Source of the DNA: Chitinophagaceae bacterium | Lineage (GTDB): Bacteria > Bacteroidota > Bacteroidia > Chitinophagales > Chitinophagaceae | DNA length: 64,000 nucleotides | Direction of reading: 5' to 3' | Assembly: GCA_947450165.1 (NCBI GenBank) | Contig: CANFUJ010000001.1 | Span: 5,600-69,599, forward strand | Shown: positions 10,517 through 21,399 of the stretch, piece after piece | Position numbering within the stretch: position 1 is the first letter of the stretch | Layout of the letters: each line of letters begins with the position of its first letter | Notes under the pieces: generated by a model | Databases searched by the model: none | Told to the model about the DNA's origin: nothing | Seen by the model: only the letters and a program-made list of their open reading frames with translations | Made by a program: the position numbers and the translations under genes

Positions 10517-11086
10517 ATGTATTTATTCTTTGACACAGAAACAACAGGTCTACCTAAAAATTGGAAAGCTCCTGTCACAGATTTAAACAATTGGCCAAGA
10601 CTTGTTCAATTAGCTTATTTGCTTTACGATTCCTCTGGAAATAAAATTGCTGGTGATGATTTTATTATTAAACCAGAAGGATTTAATATTCCAATTGATG
10701 CTTCATCAATTCACGGAATATCAACCGAAAAAGCAATAAGAGATGGACAGTCAATAAGTTTCGTTTTGCAACACTTTAATTTTCTAATTGGACAATCAAG
10801 TTATCTTGTTGCACATAATATGTCTTTTGACGAAAAAATTGTTGGTTCAGAGTTTTTAAGAAATGGAATGCAAAACAGTATTCAGATTAAAAACAAAATC
10901 TGCACAATGGAACGTACTACAAATTTTTGTGCAATAGATGGACCATATGGATACAAGTGGCCAAAACTTTCAGAATTACATAACAAACTTTTTGGTACAG
11001 GATTTGAAGAAGCTCATAATGCTGCGGTTGACATTAGTGCAACTGCAAAATGTTTTTGGGAATTAAAAAGACTTGGCAAAATATAG
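10517..11086 (+). CDS. DEDDh 3'-5' exonuclease (DnaQ/epsilon-like)
   Basis: FFDTETTG, VAHNMSFD, AHNAAVD motifs intact. Start placed at MYLFFD. Confidence 0.9.
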   Translation: MYLFFDTETTGLPKNWKAPVTDLNNWPRLVQLAYLLYDSSGNKIAGDDFIIKPEGFNIPIDASSIHGISTEKAIRDGQSISFVLQHFNFLIGQSSYLVAHNMSFDEKIVGSEFLRNGMQNSIQIKNKICTMERTTNFCAIDGPYGYKWPKLSELHNKLFGTGFEEAHNAAVDISATAKCFWELKRLGKI

Positions 11087-11171
11087 AATAATAAAAAAAC
11101 AGTTGGCTAAATACTAAAAGTATGTTCTGCTTAGAATATATTTTAATAGTAACTTTAAAAAATGCAATTTA

Positions 11172-12104
11172 TCATCTATTACAAACAAAAGTACTCACAT
11201 ACCCCGCTATGACTTCTCTCGATCTCAAAGCATAATGATCTGAGGGTATATTTACAAAAGTACATTTTTCCATGACCTCCAAAGCTTGATTTCGACTGTC
11301 TTCGGTATGTGAATTGGTAAATATATCATCATTAAAACCATGCAAGAATAAAACACGTTCAGCACATTTATTAAAAGCGATAGGTTCGCCTTTGTTCCAA
11401 ATTAATTTTTTAAAAATTGGATCTGTATTTTCTTTTATTTCATTAAGTTCTTCAATCATTTTATTCCATAATTCGGTAGTTAAACCAAATCTTTCACCAA
11501 ACGCATTATTTATGGCTTCAGGATTTATTTCAGAAAGATTCCAGGCCGACAATAATATAGTAAGCGACTCTAATTTTCTTTCAAGGTGTAATGCAGAACC
11601 AATAGCAGCAACTCCGCCCAAGGAGTATCCAAGAAGATGAAATTTTATATTTTCGGTAACATTAAGTCCAAACCTTGATGGATTATTTTCAATATCATTT
11701 ATTAGCTTCTTTACATCGCTTACCACTTGGGTGAAACCTCCATAGTATAAATATGTGCCACTTTCTGTCAGTCGGCTAATGGGAGCAAATTGATTATCGC
11801 CTGTAATATCTCTGCTTCTATTAAAATGAAAAGGAAGAGGTAACATTACGGATGTAATATTTTTTTCTTTTATAACCTTTTTTGCAATTGCTTCATATCG
11901 TTCAAGATGCCTTTCCATTTTTCTTTGATCACTTTCTACGCCCTCCAAAAATCCATTAATCATAATCAATATCTCATTACAATTTTTATTTTGATCTGCT
12001 TTCCAGATGGGAAGTTCAAAAATATTATTTCTTGAGAACTGAGTTTGAAGAAAATTATATTCAACGTGAGTTTCAAACGTTATTGTTTCAAAAGAAGTTG
12101 GCAT
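11172..12104 (-). CDS. Alpha/beta hydrolase
   Basis: Nucleophile elbow GYSLGG; LHGFNDD; late His (SDHY). Confidence 0.7.
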   Translation of the reverse strand: MPTSFETITFETHVEYNFLQTQFSRNNIFELPIWKADQNKNCNEILIMINGFLEGVESDQRKMERHLERYEAIAKKVIKEKNITSVMLPLPFHFNRSRDITGDNQFAPISRLTESGTYLYYGGFTQVVSDVKKLINDIENNPSRFGLNVTENIKFHLLGYSLGGVAAIGSALHLERKLESLTILLSAWNLSEINPEAINNAFGERFGLTTELWNKMIEELNEIKENTDPIFKKLIWNKGEPIAFNKCAERVLFLHGFNDDIFTNSHTEDSRNQALEVMEKCTFVNIPSDHYALRSREVIAGYVSTFVCNR

Positions 12105-12290
12105 TATATTTTTTTGTTGAAGGTATAAATTTGTTTATAACAGAAAAACTTTTTAAAATTGAAATTCTTTTTGGGATAAATCGCTTGACATGAAAATAGA
12201 TTATTGAAAAAATGGCAAAGTTATATTTGGCTTTTGTATCATAATAATCGTTTAAGTAATAACTTTAAAATTAAATTTAATAATTTAATT

Positions 12291-13235
12291 ATGGCCTATT
12301 ATTTCGCATATGGTTCAAATATGGATAAATATCAGATTGAAGAAAGATGTCCAAACAGAATAGAAATTGGCAAAGGTCTAATACCAAATAAAAAAATTGA
12401 TTTTACAAGAAAGTCAATTAATAGAAACTGTGGAGTAGCGGATATTGTTGATAGTCAGGGAGATGTTGTGTGGGGTATCATTTATGATATCACAGACGAA
12501 GACTTTATTTCTTTAGACAGGTTTGAGGGATATCCAAAATACTACACAAAGAAAATAATTAAATGCTATCAATTTGTAGATCCTAATCCATGGGGATTTA
12601 TTCCTGACGTTCCACTGCAAGAATACTACGAAGAATTATATAAAAATCCATTCAATTTCAAAGAAATTGATGCAGTGGTTTATGAAGTAATTGATAAATC
12701 TGCTTCAACAATTCAGCCGTCAATAGAATATTTAAATTTATTGCAGGGTGCAGCTGATGAAAATTTCTTCCCAATGGACTATCAAGAAAAATTAAATGCT
12801 TTTGGAGCTGAATTAAGAAAACAATTAAACTCACAAGCTCTTGATTTGTTTCTTGAGATTTCTGATTTAATAGCAATGCCTGATTTTAAAGAAAAAATAG
12901 AAAATACCCAAGAGTTTGGAGGTGCTGATTTAGTGATTACTGGAAGTTTAGAAAGGAAACAACAGTTGAATGAAAATTACCCACTTGATCTTGTTGTATT
13001 AACTCCTTTTTGGAAAGAATTAAGTTGGGTAGTGTCCCATATTTATTATTCAGAATCTACCAAATGGCTGTTTAATAGTTTTAACAAATATATTTACTTC
13101 AAGGAGTTTGGAGAAGCTGCAATTGAATATCAAAGTAAAATTCCAAATGATAAAGATCATATTGGAATTTGTAGAGCTGGTATTGCAAAAGCCTATTCTT
13201 TGTTGACAGAGGGATGGATTTTATTTGTTGATTAA
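12291..13235 (+). CDS. Gamma-glutamylcyclotransferase-like protein with C-terminal extension
   Basis: YFAYGSNM, GVADIV, VWGIIY, LDRFEGYP, PSIEYL. Start placed at MAYYF. Confidence 0.8.
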   Translation: MAYYFAYGSNMDKYQIEERCPNRIEIGKGLIPNKKIDFTRKSINRNCGVADIVDSQGDVVWGIIYDITDEDFISLDRFEGYPKYYTKKIIKCYQFVDPNPWGFIPDVPLQEYYEELYKNPFNFKEIDAVVYEVIDKSASTIQPSIEYLNLLQGAADENFFPMDYQEKLNAFGAELRKQLNSQALDLFLEISDLIAMPDFKEKIENTQEFGGADLVITGSLERKQQLNENYPLDLVVLTPFWKELSWVVSHIYYSESTKWLFNSFNKYIYFKEFGEAAIEYQSKIPNDKDHIGICRAGIAKAYSLLTEGWILFVD

Positions 13236-13245
13236 TTTGTCTTTT

Positions 13246-13935
13246 ATGAATTCTATAATTAAATCGAACTTAGAAAGTATTGAAATTTCACACGCTTTCG
13301 CGAGTAATTACAATCATGGTATTTCGAAAAAAGAAAATCGAGAATCATCTGTTCAATGGGATATGTTTGAACCTACTCGCTTTGTCTATGCATTTTTTGC
13401 TTTTAATATGCTGTACTCAATAGATTGGAAATCCAAACTTAAAATTGAAACTAAAACTTCTCAAAGAGTTTCTTCAAGAGTTACGGCAAATGATCAAATT
13501 AGTTCACTTGTTGAGTTTATAAATTATTACTCTCCATCTGCTTTTGAAGAATCATTAGTTAAATTGGATTCTAAAAGAGAAATGTATTCAGAAGTTTTTA
13601 AATTAAATTTGGATGAAAATATAAGTAAGACCAGTAGGATAATGAGAAACGAAACAATCGCATCCGCTTTTTTAATTTCCGCCTCAAAATTCTCTTCAAA
13701 AAATCAACTCGATTCAAAAGATCATTTCGTCATGTTAGAAATGAGCTATGCCGTTAGGAATAATTTATTTCACGGTAATAAAAGAGCTCATGAAATGAAG
13801 GAGAATGGACATCTCAAGCGTCTGATTCACTACGCAAATATCATTTTGGCAACGAATGACAGTTTCTTTGAAGTTATGAAGCAACATTTTGGTTATGACC
13901 GAGTGGAGAATTGGGAAGTTCAAGATAATGTTTAA
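13246..13935 (+). CDS. HEPN-like protein (putative RNase)
   Basis: RFVYAFFAFNMLY helix and YAVRNNLFHG (Rx4H). Confidence 0.65.
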   Translation: MNSIIKSNLESIEISHAFASNYNHGISKKENRESSVQWDMFEPTRFVYAFFAFNMLYSIDWKSKLKIETKTSQRVSSRVTANDQISSLVEFINYYSPSAFEESLVKLDSKREMYSEVFKLNLDENISKTSRIMRNETIASAFLISASKFSSKNQLDSKDHFVMLEMSYAVRNNLFHGNKRAHEMKENGHLKRLIHYANIILATNDSFFEVMKQHFGYDRVENWEVQDNV

Positions 13936-13973
13936 AAAAACTTAGGTACCACATTTAATATAATGATATAATT

Positions 13974-14543
13974 ATGGAAACATCTTTTAAGGTCGAAACT
14001 AAATATATTAACACAGTGCTTTTAGAATTCAAAAAACTGCAAAAGAAATTTTTTGAAACAGGTAATGCCAAAATTAGAGTCATGCCAGGAGGTATAGAAA
14101 TTTCTGGTCAAGGAATATACAAAACTATCCATGGTGAAACAGATGGATTAAGCGAGGTTTTTGTTTCTTTAAAATTATTGTATTCTTTTAGCTCATGTTG
14201 TAAGTTACCAACGATTTCGTATAAATTTCGTAATGGTGAATTAGAATGTGGTTCATCAGTATATTCTTTGCCAAGTATTAAGGTTGAAACATGGTACAAT
14301 TCACCTGATTTAGATTTAACAATTAATGCAGACGATTTTAGTATTTTAAGAGAAGCTTTATTAAAAGGAGATGAATATATGAAAAAGCACAATCTTGAAG
14401 AGAGAGTGAAAATAGCAAACACAAAATTGATTAAAAGCGTAAATGATGCGTATACTTCATTAAAAGCATTCAGAATCACAAAAAAAGAAATAGAGAATTT
14501 GATTATTGAGAAATTAAACTTGAAATTTAATAATTTAGATTAA
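13974..14543 (+). CDS. Hypothetical protein
   Basis: 189-aa ORF, ends 1 nt before the next ATG. Confidence 0.6.
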   Translation: METSFKVETKYINTVLLEFKKLQKKFFETGNAKIRVMPGGIEISGQGIYKTIHGETDGLSEVFVSLKLLYSFSSCCKLPTISYKFRNGELECGSSVYSLPSIKVETWYNSPDLDLTINADDFSILREALLKGDEYMKKHNLEERVKIANTKLIKSVNDAYTSLKAFRITKKEIENLIIEKLNLKFNNLD

Positions 14544-14544
14544 C

Positions 14545-16062
14545 ATGAATGATTTATATACAATAGCGAAACAAATTCATGATTTCGGTATTAATTTATT
14601 TAGTATTTCAGATAAAATTACTTACAAAAATTTCGATGCATCAAATATATTAAAATCTCCATGTCATTCTTGGGAGCAGTTAATAACAAATAGGCAAAGT
14701 CAAGATGATTTAAAAAAAATACCATGGAGTGATGCATGTGGAATTGGTATTGTATTAGGATATGGTAATTTAATGGCTATTGATTTTGATGGAGTTTTTG
14801 ATAAATTTCTTCCAAATAAAATTTGTAAATTTTTAGATTTACCTATTGATTATAATTGGATTATTGAATCGGGAAGTAAATGCGGTTTTCATATTATTTT
14901 AGAAGTCACAGATCTTGATAAAAAAAATAGTAATTATCATATTATTACTGATGGAGACTACGAATATTATTTTTTACCTTCTATGCCTAACGGAAAAATC
15001 GGATATTCTCCATTTGCATCATCAAGTGGAAATGCATATTATCCAAAAGAAAACAGTAATAGAGCTTTTAATAAAATGGAATTTTTGTGGCAAGCAAATT
15101 TAGTAATACCCCCTTCTTTGCACGTTACAGGGGAACGATATGAGTTTATAAATGGATTTCCTAAATATTCACCAAGACAAGTTTCAATAAAAAAATTAAT
15201 TCAATTAAAAGAAAACTATTGTTCATTTCAGCCAACAGAAATGAGTTATATTGACTCATTACAAGTTCATTATTTAAATATTGCAGGAGAGGATACATTA
15301 GATTACAACTATTCAATGTATCGGAAAGAAAATAATTTTTTATTTCATATTCAAATTTATAAAGTAGAAAATAAAAACCAATTACATTTAGTGCAATTAA
15401 GTTGGTATGTACTTGATAGTTCAAACAATGTTTTAAAAAGAAAAACATTTAATTATTTATCAAAAAATATTAAGTATCGTATTAAAAGCACTATAACATA
15501 TGAAAAAGCTTTAATTATTTCAACAAATCAACGAAGTGTTTTACATGAGTTTATTTATGATTTGAATCATAATCATGAAATAATTGCTTTCAACAATGAT
15601 GTTGTTGAATTTGTTAAAAAAGAAATATTAAGTGCTGGTCTTTTTAATGACTGCTTTGAAGATATTTCGACAAATGAAGATAATGTACAAATAACTTCAG
15701 ATAAAAAAATTGTATTAATTCAAGTTGAAAAAGAGTCAATTGAAAATATGTATTACAGTTGCAATAGTGAAAAAATAATTAGAAAATTAAATAGTTTAAA
15801 CAAACTACAGATGCTATTGTGTATATATTATTCAAAACTGGGAGTTCAATTTGAAGCTCCTATTTATGAATTTGATCCGGAAAAAAAAATAGAATACTTT
15901 GCTATCAATAATGGTGAGCCTACATTTAGATTAAACAATCAAAATGATAATTTTGAAATTAATTCTAAATATGAAGAATATGGAGGTGCTTATGGTTATG
16001 ATGATGATACTATAAATAGCGCTTTTGATGGGGATCCTGAAAATTATTGGAACATAGACTAA
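14545..16062 (+). CDS. Prim-Pol (bifunctional primase/polymerase) domain + degenerate DEDD-like domain
   Basis: KSPCHSW, GIGIVLGYGNLMAIDFDG, SGSKCGFHI, VIPPSLHVTGERYEF; LVQLSWYVLDSSNNVLK resembles the exonuclease at 10517. Confidence 0.75.
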   Translation: MNDLYTIAKQIHDFGINLFSISDKITYKNFDASNILKSPCHSWEQLITNRQSQDDLKKIPWSDACGIGIVLGYGNLMAIDFDGVFDKFLPNKICKFLDLPIDYNWIIESGSKCGFHIILEVTDLDKKNSNYHIITDGDYEYYFLPSMPNGKIGYSPFASSSGNAYYPKENSNRAFNKMEFLWQANLVIPPSLHVTGERYEFINGFPKYSPRQVSIKKLIQLKENYCSFQPTEMSYIDSLQVHYLNIAGEDTLDYNYSMYRKENNFLFHIQIYKVENKNQLHLVQLSWYVLDSSNNVLKRKTFNYLSKNIKYRIKSTITYEKALIISTNQRSVLHEFIYDLNHNHEIIAFNNDVVEFVKKEILSAGLFNDCFEDISTNEDNVQITSDKKIVLIQVEKESIENMYYSCNSEKIIRKLNSLNKLQMLLCIYYSKLGVQFEAPIYEFDPEKKIEYFAINNGEPTFRLNNQNDNFEINSKYEEYGGAYGYDDDTINSAFDGDPENYWNID

Positions 16063-16161
16063 TTTTCAATATTTTTAAATATAAGTATAGAAGTATTCTG
16101 CTAAAAATATTAGCTTTGTTAAGGTTTTTGCTATTTTTACTAATTAATTAAAATTTTAAAT

Positions 16162-16794
16162 ATGAGTCAATTGGATATTTTTGGTAATCCTGTTTATAGC
16201 AATACGGATTCATTTCCTATTGGCTTGACAAAAATTGAAAATGGAGAAATTCAATTTTATCCAAATTTTTTTCCAAAAAGCGAATCTGATATTTTATTAA
16301 AAGCGCTAAAGGATAATATTAAATGGAAGCAAGAGTCAATGAATATGTATGGAAGAAGAATTGATTTCCCAAGATTGACTGCTTGGTATGGAGAAAATGA
16401 TAAACCATATTCCTTCTCCGGGATTACACTTCAGCCTCTCGCTTGGAACCAAGAGATTCTTCAAATAAAAGAAAAAATAGAGCCACTGTCGGGAGTTGTT
16501 TTTAATAGTGTTTTGTTAAATTTATATAGAAGTGGTAATGATTCAATTTCATGGCATACTGATGCAGAAAAGGAGTTAGGTGATAATCCAATAATTGCTT
16601 CAGTGAATTTTGGTGCTACAAGAAAATTTCAGTTAAAACACATAAAGACAAAGGAAAAGTTAGAAATTGAACTAACTCATGGAAGTCTTTTAATAATGCA
16701 GGGAGAATTACAGCATTTTTGGCAACATCAAGTGCCAAAGACAAGTAAACCTGTAAATGAGAGAGTTAATCTGACATTTAGGGTGATTAAATGA
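16162..16794 (+). CDS. AlkB-family 2OG-Fe(II) dioxygenase (ALKBH2/3-like)
   Basis: PRLTAWYG, LLNLYRSGNDSISWHTD (HxD), WQHQVPK, RVNLTFR. Confidence 0.93.
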   Translation: MSQLDIFGNPVYSNTDSFPIGLTKIENGEIQFYPNFFPKSESDILLKALKDNIKWKQESMNMYGRRIDFPRLTAWYGENDKPYSFSGITLQPLAWNQEILQIKEKIEPLSGVVFNSVLLNLYRSGNDSISWHTDAEKELGDNPIIASVNFGATRKFQLKHIKTKEKLEIELTHGSLLIMQGELQHFWQHQVPKTSKPVNERVNLTFRVIK

Positions 16795-16923
16795 ATTTTA
16801 TATGAGCAGAAATATTAAATAAACAAGGTTAAATTATTTATTCAAATAAACTTGCAATTAACTAATCAATAGTAATCATATAATGTTAACCTAAATTTAT
16901 GAATTATAAAATGAAATAATATT

Positions 16924-17958
16924 ATGGCTTACTTTTTTAAACTACCTGCTATAACAGATTTAACAATAGCACAACAGGCTGCGCTTAATGAGCCAAATGC
17001 AATTGCAATTTCCGGAGGACCCGGCACTGGCAAAAGTGTTGTTTCATTATGGAGACATATACGAAACTATGGTACAGGTAGCAAAAAGAGTTTACTATTA
17101 ACATATACAAAAACATTGGAGACATACTTATCTGCTTCTGCAAAGTCAGAAAATGTTAATGCCGGAATTGCTGTTGACAGAACCTATTGGTGGACAACTT
17201 ACAATGCAAAAAGGTACGATGAAATCATCGTTGATGAAGCACAAGACGTAGAAGAAGGAAGATACACAACTATAAAGAATTACTCACGAGTCGTTTCTTA
17301 TGGTGCAGACGACCAACAAATCGTTTTTAGGAATAGGGCAACTACTCAGCAACAATTAGCTGTTATTTTTCCAAATAATCGTAACTATGTACTTGATGAA
17401 AACTTTAGGAATACTTATGAAATAATGCATTTTGTTAAAGCTTTATTTCCTAATAAAACTATCCCACAAAACACACTAAATAATTTGATTGAAGAAGATA
17501 GAAGAGGTAACAAGCCTATATTGCTTGTGTCAAATAATAATACATCAAAACAAACCAATGCTATAATTGGTATTATTAATAGATTTAAATCAGCAACACA
17601 CAATATTGCTATATTGGTGGCTCTTCAAGATGATGTTGATTCTTATACAAACTTAATTAGAAATGCCGGCATCCAATGTTCAAGCTTTAAATCAGATGAT
17701 GGAACCCTAGTGGAAATTAAGAACATTCATGTAACAACTTTTAAGTCTTCTAAAGGAACAGAGTTTGATACAGTAATTATTCCTGATTTTGAAAACATGA
17801 TTAATAACATTGCTAGATTAAGAGTAATTGACGAAAATGATTACTACGTTGCTATCACTAGAGCAAAAAGAAACTTATACTTGATTAGCAATTCAATACC
17901 AAATTTCCTTGTACGCTCAGAACAACAAAAAATAACTTACAATAAAGAAATATTATAA
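16924..17958 (+). CDS. Small SF1 (UvrD-like) helicase/ATPase
   Basis: GGPGTGKS, DEAQD, GADDQQ, NFRNT, TFKSSKGTEFD, YVAITRAK. Confidence 0.85.
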   Translation: MAYFFKLPAITDLTIAQQAALNEPNAIAISGGPGTGKSVVSLWRHIRNYGTGSKKSLLLTYTKTLETYLSASAKSENVNAGIAVDRTYWWTTYNAKRYDEIIVDEAQDVEEGRYTTIKNYSRVVSYGADDQQIVFRNRATTQQQLAVIFPNNRNYVLDENFRNTYEIMHFVKALFPNKTIPQNTLNNLIEEDRRGNKPILLVSNNNTSKQTNAIIGIINRFKSATHNIAILVALQDDVDSYTNLIRNAGIQCSSFKSDDGTLVEIKNIHVTTFKSSKGTEFDTVIIPDFENMINNIARLRVIDENDYYVAITRAKRNLYLISNSIPNFLVRSEQQKITYNKEIL

Positions 17959-19727
17959 TGGAAAATTTACTCTTCTTACCAATAAATTCAGGAAGTCTTG
18001 CTCACTATTTCAGCAAAGCCATTATTTTGCCTGCAAAATATTTTAAAAATAAGCCAGAGGATATTCAAAGTCGATTTGGAGATTCACTACTCTTTTCAAA
18101 AAGTAAGTGGGTGAAAAATTCTGATTGCTCAATTGAAGTTATTTTGACAAATACTGAAGTAGAGAACCTAAAAAAAGTATCAGATAATTTTTTACTTTAC
18201 AATAATCCTATTCCAGTTTCAAGAATAAAGTCTGTTTGCTTTTTAGACTCAAAACAAAAAGAAACAATAATTTGGAATATTAATAATGGTGCTGCATTTA
18301 TTCCAGAAAGTATCGTTTGTGTTGAAAAAAACAGAAATGAAGATTTGATTTCTGATGATGAAATTGAAAACTTAAATGAATATAAAACAACTTCCGAATT
18401 TTTAGATAAAATCAAAAGGTTTGATATCATACTTGGTGGTTTCGCATTTATGAGATTGGGGGGTAAATCATTTATGAATTATTCTAAAAATTATTTTTCT
18501 ACTTTATCTTATTTTAATAAGCTAATTGAAGAGCAAACACTAAAAGCGGAAAAAGAAAAAGGGTTGAAATTTAGTAATAAATATACAGGGCTTTTTTCTA
18601 CAAATGAAAGCGAATGGTCTAAGTGGCAACAATACATTTTCAAAAATATAGATTCACAGGAAGTTGAAAGTTTGGCTTTAAAAGAAGGAATTAAATTGGA
18701 AAAAGAATTTGGATTTCTTAAAATCGAATCAATTAACCCAAGTTCACATTTCTATGAACTTGCAATTTTAGCAACATATGGTGACAGGAAAGATAAGAGT
18801 GCCGATGACCTTGTAACTGACTTAGCAAATGGTACAATATATCCTGAAAAAGTTGAAGATGTATCAATTCTCTTTGGTCTGAATAATGGGTATTCAAAAC
18901 TCAGGAATAAATACAAAAGCCCGGAAAAAGATAATAATGTTAAATTCACTCTTGATTGTAAATTAGATTACTACATTATTGAAAGTATATATCAGTTCGT
19001 TTTTAATACTTCCAAGTCAAGCTATTCATTTGATTATATAGATAAATGGTTTCCGTCAACAAAATTGAAAGAAAATTTGAAAGGTTATGAAACTTATAAA
19101 ATACTAGATTCTGTAATTATTGTAAAAAAAAAACAAACCCATTTGGAGTTTTTTTTGGAAAATTATTCGGCAGAAATTTATTCAAAAATAGTTAAGTCAA
19201 TAAATCAGTGGCTACCTCCATTTGCTAAGAATGATGAAAAGGAAGCAACACATTTTTTTGAAAAACAATTGCGCAATCTATTTACTATTTCTGTTGAATT
19301 ACTTCAAAAAAGAATAGAAAACGAATGTGAAGAAATTTATAATTCACAAAAAGAAGATGTTGTTGAATTATATCAAAAGAAGATTGATAAATTATTAGCA
19401 GAAATTTCCAACCTAAATGAAGAAAATACAAATCTTAAAAAACAAATAAACTCATTACAAATTAAGGAATTACCAATTGAAACATTACAAAAAGTAGATG
19501 AGCCGTTTAAGGAGTTTATTCTTCAAAACGATCAGATAACTGTAATTGAAGATCCGCCAGCGGTGGAATTTGCAGATAATTATTCCTCGCTATCAATTAC
19601 TGATTTAAAAGACTTAGCAATTAAGAGAGGGATTTCTAAAATCTTACTTAAGGGTTATAAAAAGGAAAATAGGAATGAGCTTATTGCATTGATTAAGAAA
19701 ACCCCTAAACCCCCTAAATTTCTATGA
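17958..19727 (+). CDS. Hypothetical protein with coiled coil and C-terminal HeH/Rho-N-like motif
   Basis: TAATG overlap with the helicase gene; C-terminal LSITDLKDLAIKRGI..K..NELIALI. Confidence 0.65.
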   Translation: MENLLFLPINSGSLAHYFSKAIILPAKYFKNKPEDIQSRFGDSLLFSKSKWVKNSDCSIEVILTNTEVENLKKVSDNFLLYNNPIPVSRIKSVCFLDSKQKETIIWNINNGAAFIPESIVCVEKNRNEDLISDDEIENLNEYKTTSEFLDKIKRFDIILGGFAFMRLGGKSFMNYSKNYFSTLSYFNKLIEEQTLKAEKEKGLKFSNKYTGLFSTNESEWSKWQQYIFKNIDSQEVESLALKEGIKLEKEFGFLKIESINPSSHFYELAILATYGDRKDKSADDLVTDLANGTIYPEKVEDVSILFGLNNGYSKLRNKYKSPEKDNNVKFTLDCKLDYYIIESIYQFVFNTSKSSYSFDYIDKWFPSTKLKENLKGYETYKILDSVIIVKKKQTHLEFFLENYSAEIYSKIVKSINQWLPPFAKNDEKEATHFFEKQLRNLFTISVELLQKRIENECEEIYNSQKEDVVELYQKKIDKLLAEISNLNEENTNLKKQINSLQIKELPIETLQKVDEPFKEFILQNDQITVIEDPPAVEFADNYSSLSITDLKDLAIKRGISKILLKGYKKENRNELIALIKKTPKPPKFL

Positions 19728-21193
19728 TTGTATTTGAAGATTTACAAAATGCCTCTAGTGACGTAGCTTCATTACAAAATTATCTTTCAAATAATTTCGA
19801 AGAGGTTTATGATTTATTTGCTCACCAAAAACATGCCGACTTATTAGCAATAAGAGATAAGCTTAATCGATACATTCAGTTGAATCGCAATGTTATTTTA
19901 CAGCTTGACATAAATAATAAAACATATCTTGCTTTCATCTCATTATTACTTCATATTAGTGAAGAACTTAGCCTTTTAGCACCCTTTCGTTTTTTATATA
20001 CTCATTTACAAGTAAATGAGTATAATATAGGTGAAAGGCTAAAAGCAGCATCACTTTATCTTATTGGAGTAAGGACAGCTGATGATTACTTAAATCGATA
20101 TGAAGCAATTTATAAACATCTGCAACTTGCTTCTGATACTGAGGAAGATAATACAGATAGAGTTTTAATGACAATGGTGAATTATTATGCACAAGTAATT
20201 CATGATTTTGGTGAGTTTAATATTGATAAAGTTTTGGAATTAAGAGCTAAAATCGAAATGAGCCTTTCAGATTTTGAATTTTCTTTTTTGCATAACAAGC
20301 TAATTGAAGATTTATTATTAGTTCAATTTGATAATTTTAGTGATGCTTATTTAATTATTCATGGGCTCCTTGATTCATTTCTTGGACGTGATATTGTTAA
20401 GCCGATTTACAAGAGAGAATTTTTACTTGAAAAGGGAACTGAGTACTGTGACTTGTTAGCTGGAGTAGCAAAAAACTTTAAAGCTATAAGACAGATTTCA
20501 GTAAGAAAATACCAATTAATTAAATCAGCTTCTATTTATAATTCTTTAGGCAGAGGTGTTACAATACTGACTGAAGAAAATCAATTATACGCTTATATGT
20601 ATAGTTATGGTAACATGCACTATGAAAAACTTATTGAAGCATATAAGAAATTACCAAAAGTATTCTTCGAAAATAAAACGAATATCATTGATTGGGGCTG
20701 TGGTCAGTCAATGGCATCAATGGTATATTTTGATCACCTCAATCAAATCGGAATTGAGCAAGAAATAATCAACCTCACATTGATAGAGCCTTCAGAGGTA
20801 GCACTGAAGAGGGCATCATTGCATATTAGAAAATTTAGTCCGTTAACCGAAATACATACAATCAATAAAGATTTGGATGGTCTTGTAAACAATGATTTTA
20901 TTAATAACAAAACCCAAACCCACATACATTTATTCTCAAATATTCTCGACATAGACGAATTTTCTCTTTCCGCTTTATTGAAATTAGTTGAATCCAATTT
21001 TCGTGGTGAAAATTATTTTATTTGTGTAAGCCCATATATAAATGATACCCGTACAAGTCGATTAGATGCTTTTATGAACTTCTTTTCTAAAAAGAAAGAA
21101 TTTGTAAAAATCGAGACTATTGATAACCGATTTCCTGGAGAGTGGAAAGAAAAATGGACAAGAGTCGTTCGTGTTTTTAAAGTTAATTTATGA
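19724..21193 (+). CDS. Helical N-domain + class I SAM-dependent methyltransferase-like domain
   Basis: IIDWGCGQ (motif I), LTLIEPS, HLFSNILD; ATGA overlap with the upstream gene. Confidence 0.65.
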   Translation: MIVFEDLQNASSDVASLQNYLSNNFEEVYDLFAHQKHADLLAIRDKLNRYIQLNRNVILQLDINNKTYLAFISLLLHISEELSLLAPFRFLYTHLQVNEYNIGERLKAASLYLIGVRTADDYLNRYEAIYKHLQLASDTEEDNTDRVLMTMVNYYAQVIHDFGEFNIDKVLELRAKIEMSLSDFEFSFLHNKLIEDLLLVQFDNFSDAYLIIHGLLDSFLGRDIVKPIYKREFLLEKGTEYCDLLAGVAKNFKAIRQISVRKYQLIKSASIYNSLGRGVTILTEENQLYAYMYSYGNMHYEKLIEAYKKLPKVFFENKTNIIDWGCGQSMASMVYFDHLNQIGIEQEIINLTLIEPSEVALKRASLHIRKFSPLTEIHTINKDLDGLVNNDFINNKTQTHIHLFSNILDIDEFSLSALLKLVESNFRGENYFICVSPYINDTRTSRLDAFMNFFSKKKEFVKIETIDNRFPGEWKEKWTRVVRVFKVNL

Positions 21194-21399
21194 AAATGAA
21201 CCAAAATAAACTCAATATCGAATTTGTAACCCACATGGGATTTTATATACCAAAATCAGATGTGGAAGGATTTGATCCAGAAACATATTTTGATGGTCCT
21301 ATTGTTGATGAGAATGGTTTGTGTGATGATGAAACTTGTCAAAAACTTGGATATTGCAGATTAAAAAAAGAAGAGGTTGAGCTTGCTAACAATCAATAA
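21190..21399 (+). CDS. Small acidic Cys-containing hypothetical protein
   Basis: 69 aa; ATGA overlap with the upstream gene; CDDETC..GYC. Confidence 0.5.
   Translation: MKMNQNKLNIEFVTHMGFYIPKSDVEGFDPETYFDGPIVDENGLCDDETCQKLGYCRLKKEEVELANNQ

Noticed and set aside
21397-21399. Stop-codon recoding or read-through at this TAA
   Set aside because: TAA is used as a normal stop throughout the window, and there is no other sign of an alternative genetic code.
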